64,000 bases of DNA from NCBI GenBank assembly GCA_003009755.1, contig PXUB01000038.1, positions 1 to 64,000 of the forward strand. The letters are read 5' to 3'. Below, in pieces: positions 47,223-56,580 of the stretch. Made by a program: the position numbers and the translations under genes. This stretch comes from Thermoplasmatales archaeon SW_10_69_26. Lineage in GTDB: Archaea; Thermoplasmatota; SW-10-69-26. The first letter of the stretch is position 1. Each line of letters begins with the position of its first letter. Under the pieces are notes generated by a model. It did not search any database and was not told the origin of the DNA. It worked only from the letters and a program-made list of their open reading frames with translations.

Positions 47223-47753
47223 TTGCGCGTGATCGCCCTCACCGGCGTCCCCGGCACCGGCAAGACGACGCTTGCCGACCACGTCGACGACGTGAGCGTC
47301 CTCGGCGCCAACGACCTCGCCCGCCAGGTCGACGCCCTCGGGGGCCACGACGACGACCGCCAAGCCGAGATCGTCGACGAGGCCGCCCTGGCCGAGGGCG
47401 CAACCGACGCCTACCCCGAGGGCCCGGTGCTCGTCGAGGGACACCTGGCCCACCACTGCCCGGCCGATCTCGTCGTCCTGTTGCGCTGCCACCCCGACGA
47501 GCTGCGCGACCGGTTGGCGACCAAGGGCTGGAGCGAGGCCAAGATCGAGGAGAACGCGATGGCCGAGACGCTGGACGCCCTCGTGCCCGAGATCGAGCAA
47601 CGCCCCGCCGGCGAGCTCGACACCACCGACACCGAGCCCGCCCGCCTGGCCCAGACCATCGAGGCGTTGTTCGAGGACGGAGGCCCCGAGGTCGTCCTCG
47701 ACCCGCTCGGCACCGCCGACTGGACCCACACCCTCGAGGAGGGCCCGCCGTGA
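47223..47753 (+). CDS. Archaeal AK6/Fap7-like adenylate kinase
   Basis: LTGVPGTGKTT, EGH, LRCHP..L..RL..KGW...KI.EN. Confidence 0.88.
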   Translation: MRVIALTGVPGTGKTTLADHVDDVSVLGANDLARQVDALGGHDDDRQAEIVDEAALAEGATDAYPEGPVLVEGHLAHHCPADLVVLLRCHPDELRDRLATKGWSEAKIEENAMAETLDALVPEIEQRPAGELDTTDTEPARLAQTIEALFEDGGPEVVLDPLGTADWTHTLEEGPP

Positions 47754-48397
47754 CGCTGCACGACCACCGGGCCCGCTTCGAGGATCAACTGTCGCCGATC
47801 GTGAACTGGTGCATGGCTCACGACGTCTCGCCGAACGTCGTGTCCGTGGTCGCACTCGTGATCACCTCGGCCGCCGGCGTCGTCTTCTGGCAGTCCACCC
47901 CGGCCCGTTGGTGGCTGTTGCCCGTCGGCGCCTTCCTGTTGCTGTTCGGCGCCATGCTGGACTCGGCCGATGGTCTGCTGGCTCGGGCCACCGACCAGGC
48001 CAGCGCGCTGGGCGATTTCCTCGACCACGCCTTCGATCGGTTCGCCGACGTCGCCCTGCTCGTCGGCCTCACGTTCTCCCCCTGGGTGCCCTTCGAGATC
48101 GGCCTGTTCGCCATCGTGGGCACCCTGTTGACCAGCTACATGGGGACCCAAGCCCAAGCCGTCGGGGTCGGTCGCGACTACGGCGGTCTCGTCGGCCGAG
48201 CCGACCGCATGTTCGTGCTCTTCTGCGGCGCGATCGGGCAAGCCGTCGTCGTCCCGCTCGCCGTGAGCCTGCCGCTGGGGCTCAACCTGGTGGAGGTCGC
48301 CGTCGGCTGGATCGCGCTCGCCGGCAACATCACGGCGCTGCAGCGGTTCTGGGGGGCGCTCGCGGCCCTCCGTGACGAGCGCACAAAGCCTAAATAG
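47750..48397 (+). CDS. CDP-alcohol phosphatidyltransferase (archaetidylinositol-phosphate/PG synthase-like)
   Basis: SPN, D..DG..AR......G..LD...DR..D. Confidence 0.92.
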   Translation: MTLHDHRARFEDQLSPIVNWCMAHDVSPNVVSVVALVITSAAGVVFWQSTPARWWLLPVGAFLLLFGAMLDSADGLLARATDQASALGDFLDHAFDRFADVALLVGLTFSPWVPFEIGLFAIVGTLLTSYMGTQAQAVGVGRDYGGLVGRADRMFVLFCGAIGQAVVVPLAVSLPLGLNLVEVAVGWIALAGNITALQRFWGALAALRDERTKPK

Positions 48398-48420
48398 TGC
48401 GCACGCTGCAAGGAGAAGCG

Positions 48421-49284
48421 ATGGCAGGCATCGCGAACACGGCGAAGACCGGCGGCTTGTTCCTCGGCATGGTGGCGTTGTTCGCCATCGTCGGGTTCCT
48501 GGTCGGCGGCTTCTTCGGCTCGGACCCGTACTCAGCGATGCTTCTGTTCCTCGTCGTCGCGGCCGTGCTCAACGGCGTCTCCCTGTTCTGGGGGGACAAG
48601 ATGATCCTCAAGGCCTACAGCGCCGAGCAGGTCTCCGAGGCCGACGAACCCGAGCTGCACCGCATCGTGGCGAACATCTCCGCCAACGCCGGCCTCCCGA
48701 AACCGGACATCTACGTGATCGACTCCCAGACGCCGAACGCGTTCGCGACCGGCCGCAACCCCGAGGAGGGCAAGGTCGCGTTCACGACCGGCCTCATGCG
48801 GCTCCTCGACCGGGACGAACTCGAGGGCGTGGCCGCCCACGAGATGGCCCACATCGAGAACCGCGACATGCTCGTCATGACGGTCGCCGCCACGCTGGCG
48901 GCCGCGATCGGGTTCGCCGTCCGCATGGCGATGTGGGGCAGCATCTTCGGCGGCCGCGACACGCGCCAGGCCCTTCCCCTGCTGATCCTGCTCGCCGTCA
49001 CCGCCCCCATCGCGGCCATGGTCGTCAAGTCCGCGATCAGCCGCGCCCGCGAGTTCAAGGCCGACGCCGGCGCCGCCGACATGACCGGCAACCCGCGCGC
49101 GCTCGCCAGCGCCCTCCGCAAGCTCGAGTCCGGCAACGACGCCAAACCGATGGAGGGCGGCAACCCGGCCCACGCCTCCCTGTTCATCGCCAACCCGTTC
49201 CGCGGCGGCGTGCTGACCAAGCTGTTCAGCACCCACCCGCCGATGGACGAGCGGGTTCAGCGACTCAACGACATGGCGTACTAG
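48421..49284 (+). CDS. htpX: Zinc metalloprotease HtpX
   Basis: PNAFATGRNP, AHEMAH, SRAREF.AD, LFSTHPP. Confidence 0.95.
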   Translation: MAGIANTAKTGGLFLGMVALFAIVGFLVGGFFGSDPYSAMLLFLVVAAVLNGVSLFWGDKMILKAYSAEQVSEADEPELHRIVANISANAGLPKPDIYVIDSQTPNAFATGRNPEEGKVAFTTGLMRLLDRDELEGVAAHEMAHIENRDMLVMTVAATLAAAIGFAVRMAMWGSIFGGRDTRQALPLLILLAVTAPIAAMVVKSAISRAREFKADAGAADMTGNPRALASALRKLESGNDAKPMEGGNPAHASLFIANPFRGGVLTKLFSTHPPMDERVQRLNDMAY

Positions 49285-49735
49285 GAGAAGTCGTTGAGTC
49301 GCTGAAGAGGACGAACGCGGGGTCGCCGTACGCGTTCGTCCGAATCGCGAGCATCGCTAGCGCGGAGGCTACCGTGCGCGCTCGATGCTCGCGAGAGCGG
49401 CAGGTTCGACGACATGACGTACTAAGAGAAGTCGTTGAGTCGCTGAAGAGGACGAACGCGGGGTCGCCGTACGCGTTCGTCCGGATCGCGAGCATCGCTA
49501 GCCCGGCGTATACCGCTCGGGCTCGATGCTCGCGAGAGCCCGAGCGACGCCATCGCACGCTCGGGCGAATCCAGAGACCGACGCGTCGGCCCCGGCTGTC
49601 GGTCTCTGGTTCCAGCGTTCGGGTCCACGAGCAGGTCGTGCGCGCTCGATGCTCGCGAGAGCCCGAGCGACGCCATCGCACGCTCGGGCGAATCCAGGGA
49701 CCGACGCGTCGGCCGGGACTGTCGGTCTCTGATCG
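49256..49735. repeat. Tandem hairpin array downstream of htpX
   Basis: Unit A repeated at 141-bp period (49269/49410), unit B at 123-bp period (49521/49644); each built from 9-17 bp stems. Confidence 0.9.
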
Positions 49736-49907
49736 CGTGCCGAGCAACCTCCCGGCATGGGCTTAGCACTCCACGCTCGCCCTCCTCCCCCCTCGGCCGA
49801 CCGATGCTGCTCTCCCGATTGCTCGATACCCTTGGCGATGCCGGGGCTCGGCGGCAGGCCGCCTGGAGCACCGGCCGGCCCGCTCCGGCCGGCGCCCGGG
49901 CACGGGG

Positions 49908-52346
49908 CTATGGCGGCCAGGCGTACTCGTCGCTGGTCGTCGTGGCCCCGTCGGCGTTCGTGGCGCGGAACTCGACGGTCACGTCCTCGCCGACGTGCGT
50001 GTTGCGGGCCCACGAGCCCCAGTCGGTGCGCTCGAGCGAGAACCAGTCGCCACCGTCGACGCGGGCGCTGACGCTGGCGATCGCGTCCTCGCTGTCGACT
50101 CCGACCTCGATCCACCACTCGTTGCCGCGCGGCTCCACGAACGTGGCCGCGAAGCCGGAGCCGCTGGAGCCGTCCGGGCACGTCGTGGCCGATGGATCCT
50201 CGCCCCAGGCGTAGCAGCCCGACGTCGCGTGGGCCTGCGAGCCCGAGTGCGCCCGGAACTCGACGACCGTCCCCTCGGGCGCATGCTCGCTGGTGGCCCA
50301 CGAGCCGTAGTCCTGCTGGCTCATCCCGAGCCAGCTGCCGCCGTCCAGGCGCACCTCGACGGCGTCGATCGACCGCTCGCTGGTCACGTCGACCTCGATC
50401 CACCACTCGTTGCCGCGCGCGTTCTCGAAGCTGGCGTCGAACCCGTCCGTCGATCCGCCGGACGAGCTGTCGGGGCAGCTCGTGGGCGAGGGGTCCTCGC
50501 CCCATGCATAGCAGTCTGACAAGGCGCGGTCACCGTCGCCGTTGCGGGCCTGCAGTTGAACGATCGCGCCCTCGGGGGCGTGCTCGTCGGTGGCCCACGA
50601 GCCCCAGTCCTGCTTGTCGAGGCTGAACCAGTCGCCGCCGTCGACGCGGGCGCTGACGCTGGCGATCGACTCCGAGCTTGCGACGTCGGTCTCGATCCAC
50701 CACTCGTTGCCGCGCACGTTCTCGAACGTCGCCGAGAACTCACCGCTGCTCGCCTCATCGCCAGAACCGCCGTCGTCGCCGCTCCCGTCGCCGGCCTCGC
50801 CGCTCGGCGAGCGGGCCCGTTCCTCGTCGGCGTTGCGCAGGTGGTTGTTCGGGTAGACCGCCTCGGCCGGGGACGGCGTGTCGTAAACCTGCAGGGCGCC
50901 CTCGCGGCACCCGACGTCGCGGTCCTTGCTGCAGTGGTCGCTGTCGCGGTGGATCGGCAGGACGATCTCCTGGCCGCCGTCGCCGTTCAGGTCGGCCAGC
51001 GTGGGGCCCTTGGAGACGACCCAGCCGCTGGGCGACGACACGAAGCCGCGCTTGATGCCATCCTGGTCGTAGATGCCGATCCCGTCGCTGCCGTCGACCT
51101 CGTTGGCGAGGATGTCGTGGGTCCCGTCACCGGTCACGTCGCCGACCGCGATGTTCTTGTTCGACCAGTAGTTGGGCTGCTCGGTCCGCCACAGCAGGTC
51201 GCCGGTCGGGCCGTCGACGGCGAAGAGGTTCGAGGGGCCGGTGTGCTGCCACTCGCCGGGCTTGTGCCCGACGGTGTTCCAGTCCTGGAAGACGACGTCA
51301 AGCTGGCCGTCGCCGTCGATGTCGATCGGGACCGGGCGCATGTGGACGTGCGGGTTGCTCCACGACCAGGTCTTCTGCCAGGCGACGTTGCAGTCGGCGT
51401 CAACGGCGAAGTAGTGGGCTTGGGCATCGTCCTCCCACCCCTCGTAGGGGGCGTCCTCGGGCACGTTGCGGACCCCGAAGACGGCCTCCAGGCGTCCGTC
51501 GCCGGTGACGTCGGCCAGCGTGGGAGAGACGCTGATGCTGCCGGGCCATACGCCGTGGTTCTGGGCGTAGAACTGGCAACGCCAGCCCATCGAGGCGGCG
51601 TCGTAGATCGTGATCCGCCCGCCGTCGCTGGGGAACACGGCCTCCTGGGCCCCGTCGCCGGTCACGTCGGCGACGAGCGGTCCGCCGTTCCCGTCGGAAT
51701 GGTCGTTCCAGTCGTCGACGCTCCCGTCGGGGGCGAGCTTGAAGACCGACGGCTGGTCGTCGAGCTGGGCGTAGGTGGCATCGTGGCCGTCGCCGCCGGC
51801 ATCCGCCAGGAACGGGGGAGCGTCGGTGGCGGGCGTCTCCCAATCGCGGTTGGGGTCCTGCTGCTCGGGATCCATCCGGGTCTCCCACAGCCGCGTGAAC
51901 TCGAGCTGGCGCTGGTCGTCGGTCGGGCGGGCCTCGAAGGCGGTGACCCACGCGGCGCTGTTGGCGAGCACGATGTCGGTCACGCCGTTGCCGTCCGTGT
52001 CACCGATCGCGGGTCCGCCGAGCTCGCGCGGCGTCCAGCCGTCGGGGTGGTTGGTCGACAGCTCGGTGATCAAGCCGCCATCGGCGCCGTCGAAGACGTA
52101 GGCGTGGTTGTTGTCGTTGTGCGTGACGATCTCCTTGTCCCCGTCACCGTCGAGGTCCACGGCGGCGATCGTGACCGCGTCGAAGGCCTCGTAGGGCGTG
52201 GGCGGGTCCGTCGTCGCCATGCTGATCCGGTGGTCGGGCTCGATGCCGAGATCCGAGTCGGCGCTGGCCGCAGCCGCGAGGCAGAGCACGCTCGCCCCGG
52301 CGAGCACGATCGCGGCGAGGACCCACCGTCGACCGGGCCGGGTCAC
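49908..52346 (-). CDS. Secreted VCBS/FG-GAP beta-propeller protein with three C-terminal W-rich repeats (expansin D2/CBM63-like)
   Basis: Signal peptide; D.DGDG..E repeats; three copies of GNEWWIE...V..R.DGG.W..L...D.GSWA. Confidence 0.85.
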   Translation of the reverse strand: MTRPGRRWVLAAIVLAGASVLCLAAAASADSDLGIEPDHRISMATTDPPTPYEAFDAVTIAAVDLDGDGDKEIVTHNDNNHAYVFDGADGGLITELSTNHPDGWTPRELGGPAIGDTDGNGVTDIVLANSAAWVTAFEARPTDDQRQLEFTRLWETRMDPEQQDPNRDWETPATDAPPFLADAGGDGHDATYAQLDDQPSVFKLAPDGSVDDWNDHSDGNGGPLVADVTGDGAQEAVFPSDGGRITIYDAASMGWRCQFYAQNHGVWPGSISVSPTLADVTGDGRLEAVFGVRNVPEDAPYEGWEDDAQAHYFAVDADCNVAWQKTWSWSNPHVHMRPVPIDIDGDGQLDVVFQDWNTVGHKPGEWQHTGPSNLFAVDGPTGDLLWRTEQPNYWSNKNIAVGDVTGDGTHDILANEVDGSDGIGIYDQDGIKRGFVSSPSGWVVSKGPTLADLNGDGGQEIVLPIHRDSDHCSKDRDVGCREGALQVYDTPSPAEAVYPNNHLRNADEERARSPSGEAGDGSGDDGGSGDEASSGEFSATFENVRGNEWWIETDVASSESIASVSARVDGGDWFSLDKQDWGSWATDEHAPEGAIVQLQARNGDGDRALSDCYAWGEDPSPTSCPDSSSGGSTDGFDASFENARGNEWWIEVDVTSERSIDAVEVRLDGGSWLGMSQQDYGSWATSEHAPEGTVVEFRAHSGSQAHATSGCYAWGEDPSATTCPDGSSGSGFAATFVEPRGNEWWIEVGVDSEDAIASVSARVDGGDWFSLERTDWGSWARNTHVGEDVTVEFRATNADGATTTSDEYAWPP

Positions 52347-53380
52347 TGGCCGCCACCTCCCGAGGTGCGTTCGAAGGTCCACTCGTACGTCGAGCCGTGC
52401 TGGACGCGGATCGCGGTCAGGCTGGCCGTCTCCGGTTCGTCGTCGACGGCGAGCGTCCACCGCCAGGCGCCGCCCTGCGTGGAGTGGGCTGTGACGCCAT
52501 CGACGGTGTTCAGGCGGAACCCGGTGTCGTCGTGCTCGCGAGCGATGTGATCGGTGCCGGTCTCGTTGGACCAGTCGGAGACGAGATCGTGGAGGATGTA
52601 GGCGTCCGGGCGCCCAGTGTCGGCCTCCTCGTAGCGATGCAGCGTCGGCCGGGCGTCCGGGTCGTAGCCGACGACGTGCTCGGTGCGCTGGGGATCCTCG
52701 TTGCGGAACCCGTTGTAGTCGACGATCACCGTCGCCTGATCGGTGTCCGACCCGCCGGAGGGCCCGTCCCGTGAGGCGTTCTCGCGGGTCGTCGGCTCCT
52801 CGTCGCCGCCGTCGGCGGTCCGCCGTTCGCGTTCCCCGTCACTGCCGGCCTCGTCGGTGGCCGCCTCCGCCATCCGCCACTCGTAGGTCGCGTCCTCCTC
52901 GACGGTGATCGTGTTGAGGCTGGCGGTCTCCTCCTCGTCGTCGACGTAGAGGGTCCACCGCTCGGGCGAGGGCTCCGCGGGGATCCCCTGCACCGAGCCC
53001 AGCCGGTACCCGAGCTCCTCCTCGTGGGTGACCTGGAGAGCGGTTTCGGTCTGCTCGCGGAGATCGGCCAGCAGATCGTGCGCGGTGTAGGCGTCGGGCC
53101 CGGTGGCGTTGGTGGCGTTCAGCGTATCCTCGGCCGGACGCTCGTCGGGGTCGTAGGTGACCGTCTGCTCCCACACCTGGGGGGCCTCCTCGCGGGCTCC
53201 GCCGAAGTCGAACACGACGGTCGCCTCCGAGGTGTCGCCCGCTTGGGTCTGAGAGGAGGGTTCCGAGGTCGTGCACCCGGTCAACGCCAAGGTCAGGCCC
53301 AGGCCCACGAGGACGAGCAGGCGGGCTCGGCTACCGTCCTCGTTCGAGGGACAAGAAGGGTCTGCAGGCAGGTGGCTCAT
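52343..53380 (-). CDS. Lipoprotein with two DUF4430/transcobalamin-C-like repeats
   Basis: LTGC lipobox; two copies of G.RL..V.G.....W.L.VD.E.ETASL..I.V....YEW. Confidence 0.65.
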   Translation of the reverse strand: MSHLPADPSCPSNEDGSRARLLVLVGLGLTLALTGCTTSEPSSQTQAGDTSEATVVFDFGGAREEAPQVWEQTVTYDPDERPAEDTLNATNATGPDAYTAHDLLADLREQTETALQVTHEEELGYRLGSVQGIPAEPSPERWTLYVDDEEETASLNTITVEEDATYEWRMAEAATDEAGSDGERERRTADGGDEEPTTRENASRDGPSGGSDTDQATVIVDYNGFRNEDPQRTEHVVGYDPDARPTLHRYEEADTGRPDAYILHDLVSDWSNETGTDHIAREHDDTGFRLNTVDGVTAHSTQGGAWRWTLAVDDEPETASLTAIRVQHGSTYEWTFERTSGGGGQ

Positions 53381-53467
53381 CGGGGCCGAGCATGCTCTGC
53401 GACCCGAAAAACCCGCCTCGTGGCCGAGATGTACGGCCGGACTCAGCCTAGGGCTCGCCGGGGACGG

Positions 53468-54034
53468 TCAGGGTTCCTTGGCGACCTTCACGCGAGCTGC
53501 GCGCACCAACCGGTCCCCGATCGCGTACCCGGGCTGCAACAGCTCGATCACGTGATCGGGCTCGTGCTCGTCGGTGGTCTCCGTCAACAGCGCCTCGTGG
53601 CGCTCGGGGTCGAAGCGCTGCCCGGGCTCGGGCTCGACGCGCTCGGCGTCGAGGCTGTCCAGCTTGTCCTCGACGCGTTTGACGACGAGCTCCAAGCCCT
53701 TGCGCACGTTCTCGTCCGGGTCGGCCTCCAGGGCGCGATCGACGTCGTCGAGCACGCCGGCCAGCACCTCGACCAAGCCCGTGCGGGCCTCCCGTCGGGC
53801 CTCGTCTTTCTCTTGCTCGACGCGCTTGCGGTAGTTCTCGTAGTCGGCCTGGACCTTGGCCAGCGCGTTCGTGCGCTCCTCGAGCTCGGCCTCGAGACGC
53901 TCGCGTTCGGCCTCGAGGTCCTCGACCTGGCCCTCCAGCTCGTCCACCGCGGCCGCGAGCCGTTCGGATCGCTCGCTGGGCGGGGCCGTCGACTCGCGGT
54001 TCGGCGCGGGATCGGCGGAGCCCTCGGGAGCCAT
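53468..54034 (-). CDS. grpE: Nucleotide exchange factor GrpE
   Basis: QADYENYRKR, DDVDRAL, FDP.RHEA, QPGY...RLVRAARVKV. Confidence 0.95.
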   Translation of the reverse strand: MAPEGSADPAPNRESTAPPSERSERLAAAVDELEGQVEDLEAERERLEAELEERTNALAKVQADYENYRKRVEQEKDEARREARTGLVEVLAGVLDDVDRALEADPDENVRKGLELVVKRVEDKLDSLDAERVEPEPGQRFDPERHEALLTETTDEHEPDHVIELLQPGYAIGDRLVRAARVKVAKEP

Positions 54035-54152
54035 CAGCCGCGCTTAGGCCTCTCCTGGGTTGAAGGTTACGGAGGAGACGCCCAGGGTCCAGCCCCGGGA
54101 TCTCCCTGGCCCAGGAGGAGGCTGGAGGGTCGGGGCCGGACGGGCTCCGAGG

Positions 54153-54485
54153 CTACTCGTTTCCGCGGGTGCGGATCCCGCCCTCGGTGTCGAGGACCTT
54201 CGTCTCGAAGGTCTCGCACTCGGCGCACTTGTAGCCCTCGAGGACCGAGGGTTCCCCGTCGACCTCGGCCACGCGGTTGGCCTTGTGCCAGGCCGTGGTC
54301 GCGCCGCACGTGTCGCACACGGCGGAGAACTCCGGCTCGAACACGCGCAGGTAATCGCCGTGCCCGCCTTGACGGTATCGCTTCTCGGCGAGGCCCAGCC
54401 GGCCTCTCCCGCGCTGGACGAGGCCGAGCGTGGCAAGCCCAGTGACCGAGGGGTCGGACCGAGGTCGGATGGCTGCGACCACCAC
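54153..54485 (-). CDS. Small zinc-ribbon protein (start uncertain)
   Basis: CDTCG ... YKCAEC double CxxC. Confidence 0.6.
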   Translation of the reverse strand: MVVAAIRPRSDPSVTGLATLGLVQRGRGRLGLAEKRYRQGGHGDYLRVFEPEFSAVCDTCGATTAWHKANRVAEVDGEPSVLEGYKCAECETFETKVLDTEGGIRTRGNE

Positions 54486-54549
54486 CCGATCCGAGGGAGC
54501 CGAGGGACCGAGCTTAACGCTTTTCTACCCGGGGCCACCTCGCTCGGTT

Positions 54550-55479
54550 GTGGCAGCTCCAGCTGAGGGTCGTCGACTCCCCGACTGGCTGAAGGTTCGC
54601 CCGCCGGGAGGCGAGGAGTACAAGCGCATCAAGGAGATGCGGACCGAGCGCGAGCTCGCGACGGTCTGCGAGGAAGCCCAATGCCCCAACGTCGGCGAGT
54701 GCTGGGGTGGCGGAACGGCGACGTTCATGGTCATGGGCGACACCTGCACGCGCGGTTGTCGCTTCTGCGCCGTGGAGACCGAGCAGGACGGCCAAGCGCT
54801 CGATCCGATGGAGCCGGCCAAGCTGGCCCGCTCCGTCGACGAGATGGATCTCGCGTACGTCGTCGTGACCAGCGTCGACCGCGACGACCTTCCCGACCAG
54901 GGAGCCAGCCACGTCGCCACCTGCATCGACACGCTGCACAAGGAGTGCCCGGAGACGAAGGTCGAGTTCCTCATCCCCGACTTCCAGGGCGAGGAGGACC
55001 TGATCAGCCTCGTCTGCGACGCCCAGCCGCACGTGCTCGCCCACAACATCGAGACCGTGCGCCGCCTGACGCCGGAGGTCCGCGACGACCGCGCCGGCTA
55101 CGACCAGTCGCTGGAGGTGCTGCGGTTCGCCAGCGAGTACGCCGAGAAGGCGCTCGACGGCCCGATGTACACGAAGTCCAGCATCATGGTCGGGCTCGGC
55201 GAGACCGAGGACGAGGTGCGCCAGGCGATGGACGACCTGCGCGCGGCCGGCGTCGACTTCCTGACGATCGGTCAGTACCTGCGCCCGTCCGAATCCCACA
55301 TCGAGGTCGACGACTTCGTGCCCCCCGATCTCTTCGACAAGTACGAGGAGATCGGCGAGGAGAAGGGCTTCAAGTACGTCGCCTCGGGCCCGCTCGTCCG
55401 GTCCTCCTACCGCGCCGGCGAGTACTACATCTCGAACGTGATCGAGTCCGGCGACACCCCCGACCTGCCGCAGCCGTGA
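54550..55479 (+). CDS. lipA: Lipoyl synthase
   Basis: CEEAQCPNVGEC, CTRGCRFC, RSSY; GTG start inferred. Confidence 0.96.
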   Translation: MAAPAEGRRLPDWLKVRPPGGEEYKRIKEMRTERELATVCEEAQCPNVGECWGGGTATFMVMGDTCTRGCRFCAVETEQDGQALDPMEPAKLARSVDEMDLAYVVVTSVDRDDLPDQGASHVATCIDTLHKECPETKVEFLIPDFQGEEDLISLVCDAQPHVLAHNIETVRRLTPEVRDDRAGYDQSLEVLRFASEYAEKALDGPMYTKSSIMVGLGETEDEVRQAMDDLRAAGVDFLTIGQYLRPSESHIEVDDFVPPDLFDKYEEIGEEKGFKYVASGPLVRSSYRAGEYYISNVIESGDTPDLPQP

Positions 55480-55488
55480 GGTGATCGG

Positions 55489-56577
55489 ATGCCCCAACTC
55501 GACCAAGCCAAAGCGATCATGGACGACGACGGAGGGGTCCAGCGCGAGGTCAAGGTCCCCGACCTCTCCGAGGACACCATGCGCGACATGTACGAGGCGA
55601 TGGTGACCACGCGCCTCATGAACGAACGCGGCATGAAGCTGCAGCGGCAGGGCCGCATCAACTTCTACGTCGGTTCCGAAGGCCAGGAGGCCGCCCACGT
55701 CGGGTTCGGCGCCGCCTTCGAGGATCAGGACTGGTACTTCCCCCACTACCGCGATCCCGGCGTCGCGCTGTACCGGGGCGCCTCGATCGAGGAGATGGTC
55801 CACCAGTGCTACGGCACCGGCGAGGATCGGATGCAGGGGCGCCAGATGCCGAACCACTACAGCTTCGAAGAGCTCAACTTCTACTCCATCAGCTCCCCCG
55901 TCGCCACGCAGATCCCCCACGCGGTCGGCGCCGCCTACGCCGCCGATCTCGAGGGCGACGACGTCGTCACGGGCGTCAGCTTCGGCGACGGCTGCACCAG
56001 CGAGGGGGACTTCCACGTCGGCATGAACTTCGCGGGCGTCTGGGACACGCCGACCGTGTTCCTGTGCGAGAACAACCAGTGGGCGATCTCGGTCCCCAAC
56101 GAGAAGCAGACCGGCTCGGAGACGTTCGCCCAGAAGGCCGACGCCTACGGCTTCGAGGGCCGCCGCGTCGACGGCAACGACGTGCTGGCCATGTACGCCG
56201 AGGCCAAACGCGCCGTCGAGAGCGCCCGCGAGGGCGAGGGCCCGACGCTGATCGAAGCCCTCACCTACCGCATGGGACCGCACAGCTCCTCGGACGATCC
56301 CGACCGCTACGTTCCCCAGGAGGAGATCGAGGCCTGGGCCGGGCGCGACCCGATCGACCGCTTCCGCACGTTCCTGATCGAGCAAGGCGTGATCACGGAG
56401 ACCGAGGACGAGCAGATGCACGAACGCATCACGGACGAGATCGAGGCGGGCGTCCAGTCGGCCGAGGACGCCGAGGGGCCCACGATCCAATCGATGGTCG
56501 AGGACGTCTACGACGAGGTGCCCTGGCACCTCCAAGAACAGGCAGACGACCTCAAGCGCTTCTACGAGGAGGACTGA
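55489..56577 (+). CDS. pdhA: 2-oxoacid (pyruvate/branched-chain) dehydrogenase E1 alpha
   Basis: QRQGR..Y...GQEA, GDG.TSEGDF..GMNFA, NNQWAIS, TYR.GPHSSSDDP. Confidence 0.92.
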   Translation: MPQLDQAKAIMDDDGGVQREVKVPDLSEDTMRDMYEAMVTTRLMNERGMKLQRQGRINFYVGSEGQEAAHVGFGAAFEDQDWYFPHYRDPGVALYRGASIEEMVHQCYGTGEDRMQGRQMPNHYSFEELNFYSISSPVATQIPHAVGAAYAADLEGDDVVTGVSFGDGCTSEGDFHVGMNFAGVWDTPTVFLCENNQWAISVPNEKQTGSETFAQKADAYGFEGRRVDGNDVLAMYAEAKRAVESAREGEGPTLIEALTYRMGPHSSSDDPDRYVPQEEIEAWAGRDPIDRFRTFLIEQGVITETEDEQMHERITDEIEAGVQSAEDAEGPTIQSMVEDVYDEVPWHLQEQADDLKRFYEED

Positions 56578-56580
56578 CAC

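Noticed and set aside
49290-49400. Hammerhead ribozyme (CTGAAGA-stem-GAAT-stem)
   Set aside because: The core has GAAU/GGAU instead of GAAA, there is no UH cleavage site, and CUGA is sequestered in the upstream 17-bp stem. The similar site at 11-50 lacks CUGANGA.
49256-49735. CRISPR array (also considered for 17100-17480 and 41650-42010)
   Set aside because: Units are 70-140 bp with only 2-3 copies, there are no unique constant-length spacers, and no cas genes are in the window.
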